This document shows positions 48,059 to 58,414 of a stretch of DNA of 64,000 nucleotides, piece by piece (the stretch's first letter is position 1; every line of letters starts with the position of its first letter). The position numbers and the translations under genes were made by a program. Source of the DNA: Bdellovibrionales bacterium (GTDB taxonomy: Bacteria > Bdellovibrionota > Bdellovibrionia > Bdellovibrionales > JAGQZY01); assembly GCA_031426555.1 (NCBI GenBank), contig JANPLN010000065.1:8535-72534 (forward strand), in the 5' to 3' direction. The notes beneath the pieces are model-generated. The model was not told where the DNA came from. It was given only the letters and a program-made list of their open reading frames with translations, and made no database searches.

Positions 48059-48979
48059 TTACTTCCTACAGTCAGGTAAATTCCAAGCAATCGACTTTTC
48101 GATATACGTCATTAAGTAACGCATTCCATTTGGAATTGGTTTTGCCGCATCACGCGAATTTGTTTTGGAGGGGCTATTATACAAATGAACTCCATCTTGT
48201 CGAAACTCATTGTACTCATAATTTTGACCTTCAAAAAAGATGCCCGATTGGTCACGGGGCCCAAGATTACCTTTTAGGTTTTCGACCATCCGGTGCATAT
48301 CAATGATGTAACACTGGTGTTCAAGGCGACACTTTTTAATTAAAAATGAATTCACTTTTTGAGCGCATTTAATTTTAGGTGGCTCCCAGCCAGCTTTTAT
48401 AACAGCTGCCACTTTACTTTCGTCTTCGTAGGAAACGTTGCCAAGAAGAAGAGGGATTTTATTATTTTTCGCAAACAAGATAACATCCTCTGTTCGTTCC
48501 ATTGCGTACTCTGCCCACGAACAATCATCGCCGTAAATTGTTGGCCAATACAAACCATCGATGCTGGCCAGTACAGTGGAATCTACAGCAGTCTGTTTCT
48601 GCGCAGGATCTTGAATGTAAGTTAAAAATTGGTCTGCTCCTACCGACGAGTGCTCCATAGTATTAAGAATTTCTGAGATATTTGTAACCTGAGGGTTAGA
48701 AACATATTGATGGGCTAACCGCGTGATGGGATCTGGATTGTTCCCCAAATGTTGCGAGCTTCTTCCTAACAACTGACTCATTTGTAGTTTTGTAAAGGCG
48801 GTCGTCGCATCAGATAAGTCTTGATAGCCGGCGCTGATACTCGCACCAAAAATAAAGGGTTTTCCTAATAAGCAGGCCATTTTTTCTTTTTGCGAAGCGA
48901 GATTAAAATCGGGATTGGATTGACCAAAAACGGCCCCAGAGTAGACGTAAATAAGCATCATAAATGCGTGAAATCTCAT
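48059..48979 (-). CDS. secreted SGNH-like protein
   Basis: signal peptide; FGASIS (block I-like) and DGVH (block V-like). Confidence 0.6.
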   Translation of the reverse strand: MRFHAFMMLIYVYSGAVFGQSNPDFNLASQKEKMACLLGKPFIFGASISAGYQDLSDATTAFTKLQMSQLLGRSSQHLGNNPDPITRLAHQYVSNPQVTNISEILNTMEHSSVGADQFLTYIQDPAQKQTAVDSTVLASIDGLYWPTIYGDDCSWAEYAMERTEDVILFAKNNKIPLLLGNVSYEDESKVAAVIKAGWEPPKIKCAQKVNSFLIKKCRLEHQCYIIDMHRMVENLKGNLGPRDQSGIFFEGQNYEYNEFRQDGVHLYNSPSKTNSRDAAKPIPNGMRYLMTYIEKSIAWNLPDCRK

Positions 48980-49063
48980 AAAAGCTCCAAAAACGATTTC
49001 TAGTTTCTATAGAGCACTTTGTTTGCAAATGACAAACCATATCCGCGTTTTAGCAGTAACTAG

Positions 49064-50203
49064 CTAAAAACTCGTTTCTAAGTTACCTAACGCTTCTGAC
49101 AGAGCTTGCTCGCCTTGGTTAAGGACAGCTTTTTGCCAGGCTTCGTCCTGCGGATTGAACAAGGTCTCGAAAAGTCTGCGAGTGTTTTGTTTATCCGCTT
49201 CGTTTGCGTAACCGTAGTGAAACCCTTGATTTTCGAGGACTGCGATCCACAAGGATTCCATGCCTCCCAAGAGGGTTTGGCTGTCCATAATGCCAAATTC
49301 AAAAACCATGGGGATGACGGTTTTTTGCGGGAGAGCTTTCCATGTCCAATCGATAAAATCGCCGTGGGTGGGATAAAAATCGGCGTCGTCTGCGGTGTCC
49401 ACTTTAATATTGGGAAATATCTTTTTGAGGGAAGCGCGCTGTTGGGGACTTCGAAACTCTTCGCTTCCGTAAAAGTGCAATTTGCCGCGTTCGCCAAAGC
49501 CGGTGTGCAGATCTATGTGCAAAACTGTGGAAAAGTTTTGCGCAATATCTAGAATCCAGTTTTGCACAATGCGGGTTTCGGCTTGAGGCTCTAAGCCCGA
49601 AAAGTAAAGACCTTTGGGGGAATCACTTTGCCCAGCGAGCGTGTTGAGGATCGCTCTCTTTCCATTTATTAAATAGTACCAACTGACTTTTAGAAAAAAG
49701 CCCCATTTGCTTAGTGGCGACGTGGAAGCGGGGGTTTGCGGTTCTAGCAAAGACTGCATATTTTGATAGGCTTGATTTTTTGGTAACCCTTCAATAGAAA
49801 AGTTTCGGTTCAGATCCACATTTTGTGCATTGGTTCTGCGGAAATGCGAAAATCCGTGGGGATTTAAAATATGAATAAGCAGTAGACCGGCTTTTTGTGA
49901 GTCGCCTTGCCATTTTTGCAGAAAAATTCGTTGCAGGGCACTGCCCGTAAAGGCCTCGGCACCATGAATTCCCGAAGATAATATAAAGAGTGGCGCCGAG
50001 GGAGACGGGGCCGGCACAAAAACCGCCTGCAAAGAGTCTTTGACGAGTAGCTGAGCTTTAGGATTCTTCGAAAGAAAGGCATCCACTGTTTTTTGCCAGA
50101 GAAGAGTTTCCTCCTCTGCGCTCACAGAAAACCGAACGGGCGCCAATTCGCTGCTAAGACTCAACTGGGTGTATAAAACAATGATAAAAAATAAAGGGCT
50201 CAT
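49064..50203 (-). CDS. M14-like zinc carboxypeptidase (DUF2817-like)
   Basis: SGIHGAE, NPHG, RRTN..NVDLNRNF, IDLHTG, EFG. Confidence 0.82.
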   Translation of the reverse strand: MSPLFFIIVLYTQLSLSSELAPVRFSVSAEEETLLWQKTVDAFLSKNPKAQLLVKDSLQAVFVPAPSPSAPLFILSSGIHGAEAFTGSALQRIFLQKWQGDSQKAGLLLIHILNPHGFSHFRRTNAQNVDLNRNFSIEGLPKNQAYQNMQSLLEPQTPASTSPLSKWGFFLKVSWYYLINGKRAILNTLAGQSDSPKGLYFSGLEPQAETRIVQNWILDIAQNFSTVLHIDLHTGFGERGKLHFYGSEEFRSPQQRASLKKIFPNIKVDTADDADFYPTHGDFIDWTWKALPQKTVIPMVFEFGIMDSQTLLGGMESLWIAVLENQGFHYGYANEADKQNTRRLFETLFNPQDEAWQKAVLNQGEQALSEALGNLETSF

Positions 50204-50290
50204 TGTTACTTCTCCTCGCGCTAGCATTGAACTCGAGCTTAAGGGCTAGCCTGGATTGTTTTTTTTCGATTTCAAAATTATTCTATTACT

Positions 50291-51034
50291 ATGTTAAGGC
50301 CTGTAAAGTTATTTATCGCTGCATCTGTGCTTGGGCTTATAAGCTTGGCGGCTTATATTTTTTATTTCGATCAGACCGTCTTTGTGTTCCGCGATGTTCA
50401 GGTCACCGTGGTGGGCGAGCAGTGGCACGCAGAAATGCTTCGGCAAACGCAAACCAAATGGCTTGTACGCTTTTTAACGCATAAAAATAAAAATCTTTGG
50501 CAAGTTCCCCTCGAAGAGATCAATCGCAGTATTCTGCAAGACCCCAGCGTGCAATCGGCCATCGTCGAAAGAGAGTGGCCAAACCGCGTGCAAGTGCGAC
50601 TGCAGCTAAAGCCCGTGGTTCTGGTTTATTTTGAGGGTAAAAAGAGAGTGCGTGCCGTGACCGAGGATGGATCCATTCTGCCTCCCATGGATTTAGTTTA
50701 CGCGCCAGATGTGCCTTTTGTGCGAAATTCACTTTTCGTAAAAAACGAAGACGCGCGAAAAAAGATAATTCAGCTTTATCTATTGGTGCCAAATGAAGGT
50801 GTGATTTCTAAACCCGAGGTTGCGGAGATCGACTGGAGCGTGTCGAGGGGTTTGGTTTTAGAAATGAGTCGCGGCGTGGAAGGCGAAATTGTTTTGGGTC
50901 ACGGTGATGTTCATTTAAAAGCAAAACGTGTTGCAAACGTATTAAAATATTTAGAAAGTCAAAATCAAAAATGGCGCGTCATCGACGCGAGCTTTGCAAA
51001 AAAAGTTCTTGTCAGGCTGCGTAAGCATTCGTAG
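50291..51034 (+). CDS. ftsQ: cell division protein FtsQ/DivIB
   Basis: N-terminal TM, POTRA-like 'VERE WPNRVQV', position before ftsA. Confidence 0.8.
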   Translation: MLRPVKLFIAASVLGLISLAAYIFYFDQTVFVFRDVQVTVVGEQWHAEMLRQTQTKWLVRFLTHKNKNLWQVPLEEINRSILQDPSVQSAIVEREWPNRVQVRLQLKPVVLVYFEGKKRVRAVTEDGSILPPMDLVYAPDVPFVRNSLFVKNEDARKKIIQLYLLVPNEGVISKPEVAEIDWSVSRGLVLEMSRGVEGEIVLGHGDVHLKAKRVANVLKYLESQNQKWRVIDASFAKKVLVRLRKHS

Positions 51035-51102
51035 GCTAAGGTATAGATGCCCTACTAACGGACAGTGTTGCCGTAATAGTGAGCATAAATCCAAGGATGC
51101 GG

Positions 51103-52329
51103 ATGTCGAAAGAGAAAGTACAATATTATACAAGTCTTGAAGTGGGTTCATCCAAAGTCGTAATGGCTTTGGGGCGTGTTTCTGGCGAAAAATTGGAAAT
51201 CGTTTCTGTAGTCCAACTTGCACACAAGGGTATTCATCAGGGGCAAATCATCGATGCCCGAGAAATCACGACAGCCATTCACAAAATTAAAACCGAACTC
51301 GAGATTACTCACGAAATAGTCATCAAAGATGTTTACGCGTCCGTGGCGGATATCACTCTTGAAAGCATGAATGCCAAAGGTGTGTTGTCGATTAAAAAAG
51401 TGGTGACGGCAAAAGACATTGAGCTGGTGAAAAAAGTGGGCGAGGACCTTGTTCCGTTGCGCAGCGATCGCCAAATCCTGCACCATTCTCCGCACTTTTT
51501 TAAGATCGGTAGCCAAAAGCATTTCAAAGCACCGTTGGGTCAAAAAACAACGTCGCTCGAAGTGCATTCGCAGTTGATTGTTGGCGCTAAAAAAATATTA
51601 CAAACCATTCGCGACTGCGCTGCTCATTCCAATATCAATATCATCGAGTTTGTACCGCAGCCCGTGGCCTGCAGCGAAGTGCTATTAACTGCAGAAGATA
51701 AAGAAATGGGAATCGCCGTTATAGATATGGGCGGAGCCATGACCCAGTTGATCGTTTATAAAGAGAGCAAGATGGTTCTTTGCCAAACTTTACCGATTGG
51801 CGGCTCGCATTTTACGAACGATCTCGCTGTGGGACTTCGTACACCGCAAGCGTCTGCCGAAAAAATCAAAAAGAACAACGGCGCAGCCCTTGTGGATTTA
51901 ATCAGCGAAGACGAAAAAGTCGAAGTCGAATCCCTCAAGGGAGACGGGATGCAGGTTGTATCGGCAAAGCTTGTCGCAGAAATCCTAGAGGCCCGCTCAG
52001 AAGAAACTCTAGGTTTGATCTTACGCAAACTCAACGATGAGGGTTTGCTAAGTCATATCAAAGGGGGTCTCGTGCTCACCGGGGGCGGAAGTCAGCTTCC
52101 AGGATTGGCCGAGCTTGGCGAGTTTACCTTTGATATTCCCATCCGTCGTGGCGGGCTCAATAACGTTTTGTCTACAAATCCGCTGGCCCAAGGTCCTGCA
52201 ATGTCTGTCACAGTGGGTCTTCTGCAGCACGCCAGAAATCGACAAAGTTTTGAAACCAGTGAGTTTTTGTCGGACACTTTTAAAGAAACTTTTAATCGAG
52301 TCAAAAATTATTTTGAGAATTTATTATAA
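51103..52329 (+). CDS. ftsA: cell division protein FtsA
   Basis: [32 protein letters not shown]-terminal amphipathic helix. Confidence 0.92.
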   Translation: MSKEKVQYYTSLEVGSSKVVMALGRVSGEKLEIVSVVQLAHKGIHQGQIIDAREITTAIHKIKTELEITHEIVIKDVYASVADITLESMNAKGVLSIKKVVTAKDIELVKKVGEDLVPLRSDRQILHHSPHFFKIGSQKHFKAPLGQKTTSLEVHSQLIVGAKKILQTIRDCAAHSNINIIEFVPQPVACSEVLLTAEDKEMGIAVIDMGGAMTQLIVYKESKMVLCQTLPIGGSHFTNDLAVGLRTPQASAEKIKKNNGAALVDLISEDEKVEVESLKGDGMQVVSAKLVAEILEARSEETLGLILRKLNDEGLLSHIKGGLVLTGGGSQLPGLAELGEFTFDIPIRRGGLNNVLSTNPLAQGPAMSVTVGLLQHARNRQSFETSEFLSDTFKETFNRVKNYFENLL

Positions 52330-52346
52330 GCAACAAAGGGGAACCT

Positions 52347-53894
52347 ATGTTTGAGTTAGAAGAGAATGTAAATATTGGGGCGACGATCAAGGTTATTGGC
52401 GTTGGTGGAGGCGGAAACAACGCTGTAACAACAATGATCGAGGGTGGTCTCACAGGGGTGGAGTTCGTTGTTGCGAACACAGATCGTCAAGCTCTCGAGG
52501 CGCATAAAGCGCAAAATAAAATTCAGCTGGGTAAAGAGCTCACAAGAGGCCTCGGTGCCGGTGCCAATCCCGAAGTTGGAAAGCGCGCAGCCATCGAGTC
52601 TTACAACGATATCGTTGAGTCCCTTGAAGGCGCGGACATGGTTTTTGTCACTGCCGGTATGGGCGGTGGAACAGGAACTGGCGGCGCTCCCATCGTAGCA
52701 AAGATCGCTAAAGAATTAGGCGCACTCACTATTGGTGTGGTGACAAAGCCGTTTAGCTTCGAAGGTAAAAAAAGAATGCGTCATGCCTTCGGCGGTTTAA
52801 ATGAACTGCGCGAAAGTGTTGATACACTCATCGTGATTCCAAACCAAAAGCTATTGTCGATCTCTCACGAAAAAACGTCGCTCTTGGATATGTTTCGCAA
52901 AGCCGATGAAGTTTTGCTTCAGGCCGTAAAAGGGATATCAGACCTCATTAACATTCGCGGTTTGATCAACCTTGATTTTGCCGACATTCGTACGGTGATG
53001 TCCACGCAAGGCATGGCCATTATGGGAACAGGCGCAGCCACTGGCGAAAACCGCGCGGTGGAAGCTGCCACTGCAGCCATCTCCTCTCCGCTTCTCGAAA
53101 ACATTTCGATTGATGGCGCCACCGGCATCATTATCAACGTCACTGGCGGAAGAGATTTAAGTTTGCATGAAGTGAATGAAGCTTCGACTCTGATTACCGA
53201 AGCCGCCCATGAAGAAGCTGAAATTATTTTTGGTGCTGTGATCGATGAATCTCTGGGCGACGAAGTTCGCGTAACAGTTATTGCAACGGGTTTTGGCGTC
53301 GACCAAGTGAAGCTCGGCGTTCCTCAGCATTATTCGTATCAAGCGCAGCCGCAGCAGCCTGTATATATGACTCAGTCTCAGCAGCAGCCACCGCCGCAGT
53401 ATTATCAACCGCAATATCAGCCGGTTCCCGCGCAGGCAATACCTCAGCAGCCATTGCCGCCAATTCCTCAACAACCAGTGTATCAGGCCGCAGTTCAGCA
53501 AGCGACAGTTCAGCAAGCGACTGTACAAGCTCCAACAATCGCGCCAGTGGTAGCAGCTCCGATGATGCCGCCAACAGCACCTATGATTGAAGAGTTAGTA
53601 GCTCCAATCATCGACCCCGCACATCCACAGTACAATGCCGAAGCCGCAGCCCACGCGGCGGCTGCCAACTCTCGCGATATGCTGATCGCCAAAGCAAAAG
53701 CGTACCGCGAGCAGGCCCTCAAACAACGGGAGTTACCCACCGAACAGTTGAGCATGGAAATGAGTTTAGATCACAACGCCGCCGCGAAAGCAGCAGCTGC
53801 GGATCTTAGCTCTCCGTTTGATCAGTCCAATCTTGATGTTCCGACCTATCTTCGCCGCAAACAGCGCAATGAGGAGTCGCAGGACGGGATGTAA
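52347..53894 (+). CDS. ftsZ: cell division GTPase FtsZ with long Q/P/A-rich linker
   Basis: GGGTGTG tubulin motif, INLDFAD, C-terminal LDVPTYLRR. Confidence 0.98.
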   Translation: MFELEENVNIGATIKVIGVGGGGNNAVTTMIEGGLTGVEFVVANTDRQALEAHKAQNKIQLGKELTRGLGAGANPEVGKRAAIESYNDIVESLEGADMVFVTAGMGGGTGTGGAPIVAKIAKELGALTIGVVTKPFSFEGKKRMRHAFGGLNELRESVDTLIVIPNQKLLSISHEKTSLLDMFRKADEVLLQAVKGISDLINIRGLINLDFADIRTVMSTQGMAIMGTGAATGENRAVEAATAAISSPLLENISIDGATGIIINVTGGRDLSLHEVNEASTLITEAAHEEAEIIFGAVIDESLGDEVRVTVIATGFGVDQVKLGVPQHYSYQAQPQQPVYMTQSQQQPPPQYYQPQYQPVPAQAIPQQPLPPIPQQPVYQAAVQQATVQQATVQAPTIAPVVAAPMMPPTAPMIEELVAPIIDPAHPQYNAEAAAHAAAANSRDMLIAKAKAYREQALKQRELPTEQLSMEMSLDHNAAAKAAAADLSSPFDQSNLDVPTYLRRKQRNEESQDGM

Positions 53895-54628
53895 TGAAAA
53901 GTTACTACTTTCTCTCAGATTTACATCTGAGAGATATGAACGACGACCCAGCGCAGACTCTTCTGCGCTTTTTTATTTCCCTCGAGCCCAAAGCCAAAGA
54001 CTCCATCGTTTTTTTAGTGGGTGATATTTTTGATCTGTGGATTGGCAAACATCAGTATTTTATCCAAAAGTTCAAGCCGCTCATCGAAGTGATGCAAAAG
54101 CTCGTAACTCTGGGAGCAGAGATTCATTATTTTGAGGGCAATCACGATCTGCACCTAAAAAAATACTGGCAAGATGATCTCAGTCTCATTGTACATAGCG
54201 ACCCCGAGTACTTTCATCTGGACGACGAGATCGTGCGCATCGAGCACGGGGACCAAATGGATCCCGAGGACAAAGGCTATTTGTTTTTGCGGTGGCTTCT
54301 GCGAACTCCCGTTATGAAAGCTATCGCACTTTATCTTCCCGGTTTTTTTGTGGCCTGGCTTGGCAAGTCGATGAGCAAAACCAGCCGCGCCTACACCAAC
54401 TCCCTGCGCGATCCGCAACGAATTTTAAAAACAATTCACACCCATGCACAAAAAGTTTTTGCTGTTCGACCCTTTCAGACCATCATCACGGGCCATGTGC
54501 ATCTGCGCGACGAAACCACCTTTATCGTCAGCGGCCAAAAGATGACCAGTTACAACCTAGGCAGCTGGGATGACAGCTGTAAAGTTTTATCCAAGCAAGG
54601 CCGGCAGTGGAGCTGGCTGAATCTGTAA
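53894..54628 (+). CDS. lpxH: UDP-2,3-diacylglucosamine hydrolase (metallophosphoesterase)
   Basis: SDLH, GDIFDLW, GNHD, HGD, GHVH, NLGSW. Confidence 0.8.
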   Translation: MKSYYFLSDLHLRDMNDDPAQTLLRFFISLEPKAKDSIVFLVGDIFDLWIGKHQYFIQKFKPLIEVMQKLVTLGAEIHYFEGNHDLHLKKYWQDDLSLIVHSDPEYFHLDDEIVRIEHGDQMDPEDKGYLFLRWLLRTPVMKAIALYLPGFFVAWLGKSMSKTSRAYTNSLRDPQRILKTIHTHAQKVFAVRPFQTIITGHVHLRDETTFIVSGQKMTSYNLGSWDDSCKVLSKQGRQWSWLNL

Positions 54629-54654
54629 AAACAGGAGAAAAATGGGAGGCAATC

Positions 54655-55020
54655 ATGAGTGAATATTCTTTTCAAATCGCTGGGGCGTTGACTGTTTTTT
54701 TTGTGGGTCTTTTGAGTTGGGTTTTGATCATTTATTTAAATTATCGGCTGAGCAAACGAGTGTGGTCGTTGGTGATGGGTAAAACGGCTCTGGTATTTCT
54801 ATTTACTGGTGTGCTTTCCGTTGTTTTTGCGTGCATCCAGCTTTTTGTTTTAAACTTTGTGGCCGATTTATTCACCGGCTTTGGTTTAGGCTATGCTGTG
54901 GGCTTTGGTGCTAGCGCCTGCGCCCTGGGCGCAGTGGGCTCGGCTTTAATTTCCACCTATCTTATTAGGAACGCGCATCGCTCAAAAGTTGCTTCGCATG
55001 GGCAAGGCTCGTCGAGCTGA
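54655..55020 (+). CDS. small membrane protein (3 TM)
   Basis: GGGAGG SD, hydrophobic helices; 3' end overlaps recN by 56 nt. Confidence 0.6.
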   Translation: MSEYSFQIAGALTVFFVGLLSWVLIIYLNYRLSKRVWSLVMGKTALVFLFTGVLSVVFACIQLFVLNFVADLFTGFGLGYAVGFGASACALGAVGSALISTYLIRNAHRSKVASHGQGSSS

Positions 55021-56656
55021 GTTTTTCTCCCGAGATGAGGCGCGCGATTTCTTCCACCCGCTCTTTGCCGGTCAAGGCAACGGCCGTCATGTTCATTTGG
55101 CCTTTGACCGATTTTTTCGAAATAAAATAATGTTGATCGGCAAACGACGCCACTTGCGGCAAATGGGTGATGCAAATCACTTGCTGGCCATGGGCAATTT
55201 CCTTAAGCTTCTTGCCAACTTTTTGCGCCGTCGGGCCACTAACTCCCGTGTCCACTTCGTCAAACAGATATGTGCGAGGGGAATCGATTTCACCCACAGC
55301 TACTTTTAGCGAAAGAAGAATTCGACTGAGCTCTCCACCGCTGGCTGATTTTTGCAGCGGGCGCTGTTCGCCCTTGGGTCCGTTCTGAATGGCAAACATC
55401 ACAGAGTCCAGGCCCGTGGCATTCACCGGCGCCGTTTCGATGCTGATCGAAAACAGAACGCCCTTCATGTTGAGTTCGGCCAGTTCCTGATTCACCAAGT
55501 CTGCAAGTTTGAGGGAACCTTTGGCGCGCTGCTGAGATAGCTTTTGTAGCAGCGGAGAAAGTTCTGTGGTGATGGCCTTTTTTTCAACTTCAAGCTGCGC
55601 GATTTTTTCGTCGCAGTTTTCCAAATTATCTAACTCGCTTTTCATCTCGTCGTAGGCTTTGAGGATGTCTTGCACCAAAGGGCCAAACTTTTTTTGCAGG
55701 CGGCGAATATCAGACAAGCGAGATTCCAGTTTATCAAGCTCGCCTTCGTCTAAGGACTGACCAGCGAGTTGGTTGATATCAAAAGCCGCTTGCGACACTA
55801 GTTGCTTGGCAGTTTGCAAATCTTGAATGGATTTTTCTATACCTTCCGGACGGTGTTTAAGGCCGGTGGCAGCTTTGAGCACTTTATCGAGAAGGGACAG
55901 CACGCTGTCACTGTCGCCTTCGAGGACTTCGATGGAGTTTTGATAAAAAGCAGAAAGGGAATTTTGATTCTTAAGAACTTTCAGGCGATCCTCAAGATCC
56001 GCATCTTGTTCCGCATCCAACTCCAGATTTGAGATTTCGTCGATTTGAAATTTGATAAAATCCACGCGCTGGCTGCGATCGCGCGAGGAGTTTTGTAAAT
56101 CGAGAATGGCGTCTTCGATGCCTTGAATGCGCGAAAACAGAATCTGCACTTTTTTACGAAGCTCCCAGGTTTTACAAAACTGATCCAGCATATCTAGGTG
56201 ATATTGCGAAGAGAGAAGATTTTTATTTTCATTTTGGCTTGTGACTTCGATGAGCGGTGTGGCGCGGCCCGTGACTTCCACCATGGGCGCCACAATGTTT
56301 TTAAGATCTGCAAGAGTGGAAAGATGGCCGTTGATGTAAACACGGTTTTTTCCATCGCGGCTGATGATTCGACGAACTAAAAGTTCTTGTTCGGACGAAG
56401 TGATGCCAAATTCTTTAAGGGAACTTAAAATATCTTTTCGCGACGTGAGATCGAAGTGACCTTCCACGACGGACTGTTCAAGGCCTTCGCGCACATCCTC
56501 ACTGTGGGATTTTGCGCCCATCAACAGGCCCAGTGCCCGCACAATCACCGACTTGCCGGCTCCGGTTTCACCGCTAATGATGTTGAGGTTGGCGCCAAAC
56601 TCCAATTGAATTTGGTCGATGATCGCAAAATTTGAAACTTTAAGTTCTACAAGCAT
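54965..56656 (-). CDS. recN: DNA repair protein RecN
   Basis: GETGAGKS, coiled coil, SGGELSR, FDEVDTG, ITHLPQVA. Confidence 0.97.
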   Translation of the reverse strand: MLVELKVSNFAIIDQIQLEFGANLNIISGETGAGKSVIVRALGLLMGAKSHSEDVREGLEQSVVEGHFDLTSRKDILSSLKEFGITSSEQELLVRRIISRDGKNRVYINGHLSTLADLKNIVAPMVEVTGRATPLIEVTSQNENKNLLSSQYHLDMLDQFCKTWELRKKVQILFSRIQGIEDAILDLQNSSRDRSQRVDFIKFQIDEISNLELDAEQDADLEDRLKVLKNQNSLSAFYQNSIEVLEGDSDSVLSLLDKVLKAATGLKHRPEGIEKSIQDLQTAKQLVSQAAFDINQLAGQSLDEGELDKLESRLSDIRRLQKKFGPLVQDILKAYDEMKSELDNLENCDEKIAQLEVEKKAITTELSPLLQKLSQQRAKGSLKLADLVNQELAELNMKGVLFSISIETAPVNATGLDSVMFAIQNGPKGEQRPLQKSASGGELSRILLSLKVAVGEIDSPRTYLFDEVDTGVSGPTAQKVGKKLKEIAHGQQVICITHLPQVASFADQHYFISKKSVKGQMNMTAVALTGKERVEEIARLISGEKLSSTSLAHAKQLLSDARS

Positions 56657-56705
56657 CTGTCTCCTAGTTTAGCTCTGTGAGTTTCGCTGTTGGCTTGCGC
56701 CTCGG

Positions 56706-57560
56706 CTAATCCCGCTCTCCAAATTTAAGTTTTTCGCGCAAGAGCGAGAAAAAATTGTGTGAAGTTTTTCGCAATACAATGTGTTCGAGCTTGTGGCGTT
56801 GAATTAAAATTTCGCAATCTTCATTAATGTCCGCTCGCCGTTGTCCGTCGATGGAGAGTGTTCCCGCGCGTTTTTGTCCCAAAATCTTCACCGAGAGAAC
56901 TTTATCATCCGGAAAGATAATGGGCCGAGAGGTTAAACTGTGGGGGCAGATGGGCGTGGCCACAATGGCATGCACGTTGGGCTGAAGAATGGGGCCACCG
57001 GCTGCTAAGTTATAGGCCGTAGATCCGGTGGGGGTAGAGATGATCATTCCATCCGCTTTGGTTTCGGTGACTAAATCGCCGTCCCAGTACATTCCGATGT
57101 TGAGGAGGTGCGTGCTTTGCCCGCGCTCGATCACGATGTCATTTAACGCAATAAATTTTTGCACCTGGCCGGTTTTAATCTGCACACTCATCAAAGCCAC
57201 GGGCTCTTTTTTCATTTTGCCGTTGAGCGCGCTTTCCAAAACTTCGTAAACTTCATCCACACGGTTTTCGGTTAAAAAACCAAGGGACCCCAAGTTGATA
57301 CCCAAAACGGGAACTTGCGAGTCGCCCAAAAACCGAACGGCCTCCAAATACGTGCCATCGCCCCCAAGCACTAAAACAAGATGCAAATTTTTAATCTGCG
57401 CCGGAGTTTCGACGGCCTTGGCGTCGCTGTGGGTGGCTTTCCCTTTTTGAAAAAACACATTGATTTTTTTGCTTCGCAGCCACTCGCAAACATCCTTTGC
57501 CAGGGATTTCGCGCGCGGTGTTTTGTCTCGATAAATGATGGCAACATTTTGAATTTTCAT
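56706..57560 (-). CDS. nadK: NAD kinase
   Basis: LGGDGT, GSLGFL, LNDI, TPTGSTAYNLAAGGP. Confidence 0.96.
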   Translation of the reverse strand: MKIQNVAIIYRDKTPRAKSLAKDVCEWLRSKKINVFFQKGKATHSDAKAVETPAQIKNLHLVLVLGGDGTYLEAVRFLGDSQVPVLGINLGSLGFLTENRVDEVYEVLESALNGKMKKEPVALMSVQIKTGQVQKFIALNDIVIERGQSTHLLNIGMYWDGDLVTETKADGMIISTPTGSTAYNLAAGGPILQPNVHAIVATPICPHSLTSRPIIFPDDKVLSVKILGQKRAGTLSIDGQRRADINEDCEILIQRHKLEHIVLRKTSHNFFSLLREKLKFGERD

Positions 57561-57796
57561 ACGTCCTGCCAGAGTAGGCGCGAGGCGGTTATTAGTAAAG
57601 CAGAAGTGCTATTTACAGGCGGCGTTGATGCCTGTTTTTAAGGCAAGTTTCAGTTAAAAGCGGTGCTGAGCCTTGCCCACACTTGTCTCGGCATGCTCAT
57701 GCAAATGATAATCAGAGGTTACGAGTACTAGTTTTCTGTCTTTTTCTTTGTGAGAAACAAAAAGAATCTATCTGGGTATATGAAATTTTTTTGGTT

Positions 57797-58414
57797 TTAG
57801 TGATTAAAATCTTTTAAGGCAAGACATTCGTCTTCAGCAAGAAATATTTGATATTTATTAGGAATTAATCGGGTATGTTTCTTGTCTAGATAAAGGCTAA
57901 TTCTGTGGTCAATCGTAAAAGATTCCGCCGACACAAACGTCAACCTGAATTTACCGTTTACATCCGTAACGACGCTGCCGCTTTTATTGTCTAAGGTCCA
58001 ATAAATTGTTTTTCCTTTAAATCTAGTAGGGAAAGAAACGGGTCCCTTTAATTCACACTGGATTTCAGCTTGCACAAAGTATTTATAGAGGTTTTCGCAA
58101 AGGCTTGGTAAGAGAAGCGGAACTATTTCTTTTCGGTTTACATCCGAACCAGAAAAGAACGTGAGGCAACCTTTTTCTATCTGTTCGACATGTGAGAACA
58201 TCTTGGTGTTCTCTTTTACGTTTTCTTGATACCATTGCTCGTTAAGCAGCCTTTCGTGGTTTGTACTTTTACCTGATTCTAAATTTTCTTCATCTCGAAC
58301 ATGGCGGATTTGAGTTTGCTCATTGCTCTCTGGTCTGTCAGAGATAAGCACACAACCAGAAACAATAATTGTCAAAACAATGTATAAATTGGTCGTAGTA
58401 TTTACTTTTATCAT
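57797..58414 (-). CDS. hypothetical lipoprotein (AT-rich island)
   Basis: lipobox-like VSGC; 4-nt overlap with upstream gene. Confidence 0.65.
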   Translation of the reverse strand: MIKVNTTTNLYIVLTIIVSGCVLISDRPESNEQTQIRHVRDEENLESGKSTNHERLLNEQWYQENVKENTKMFSHVEQIEKGCLTFFSGSDVNRKEIVPLLLPSLCENLYKYFVQAEIQCELKGPVSFPTRFKGKTIYWTLDNKSGSVVTDVNGKFRLTFVSAESFTIDHRISLYLDKKHTRLIPNKYQIFLAEDECLALKDFNH

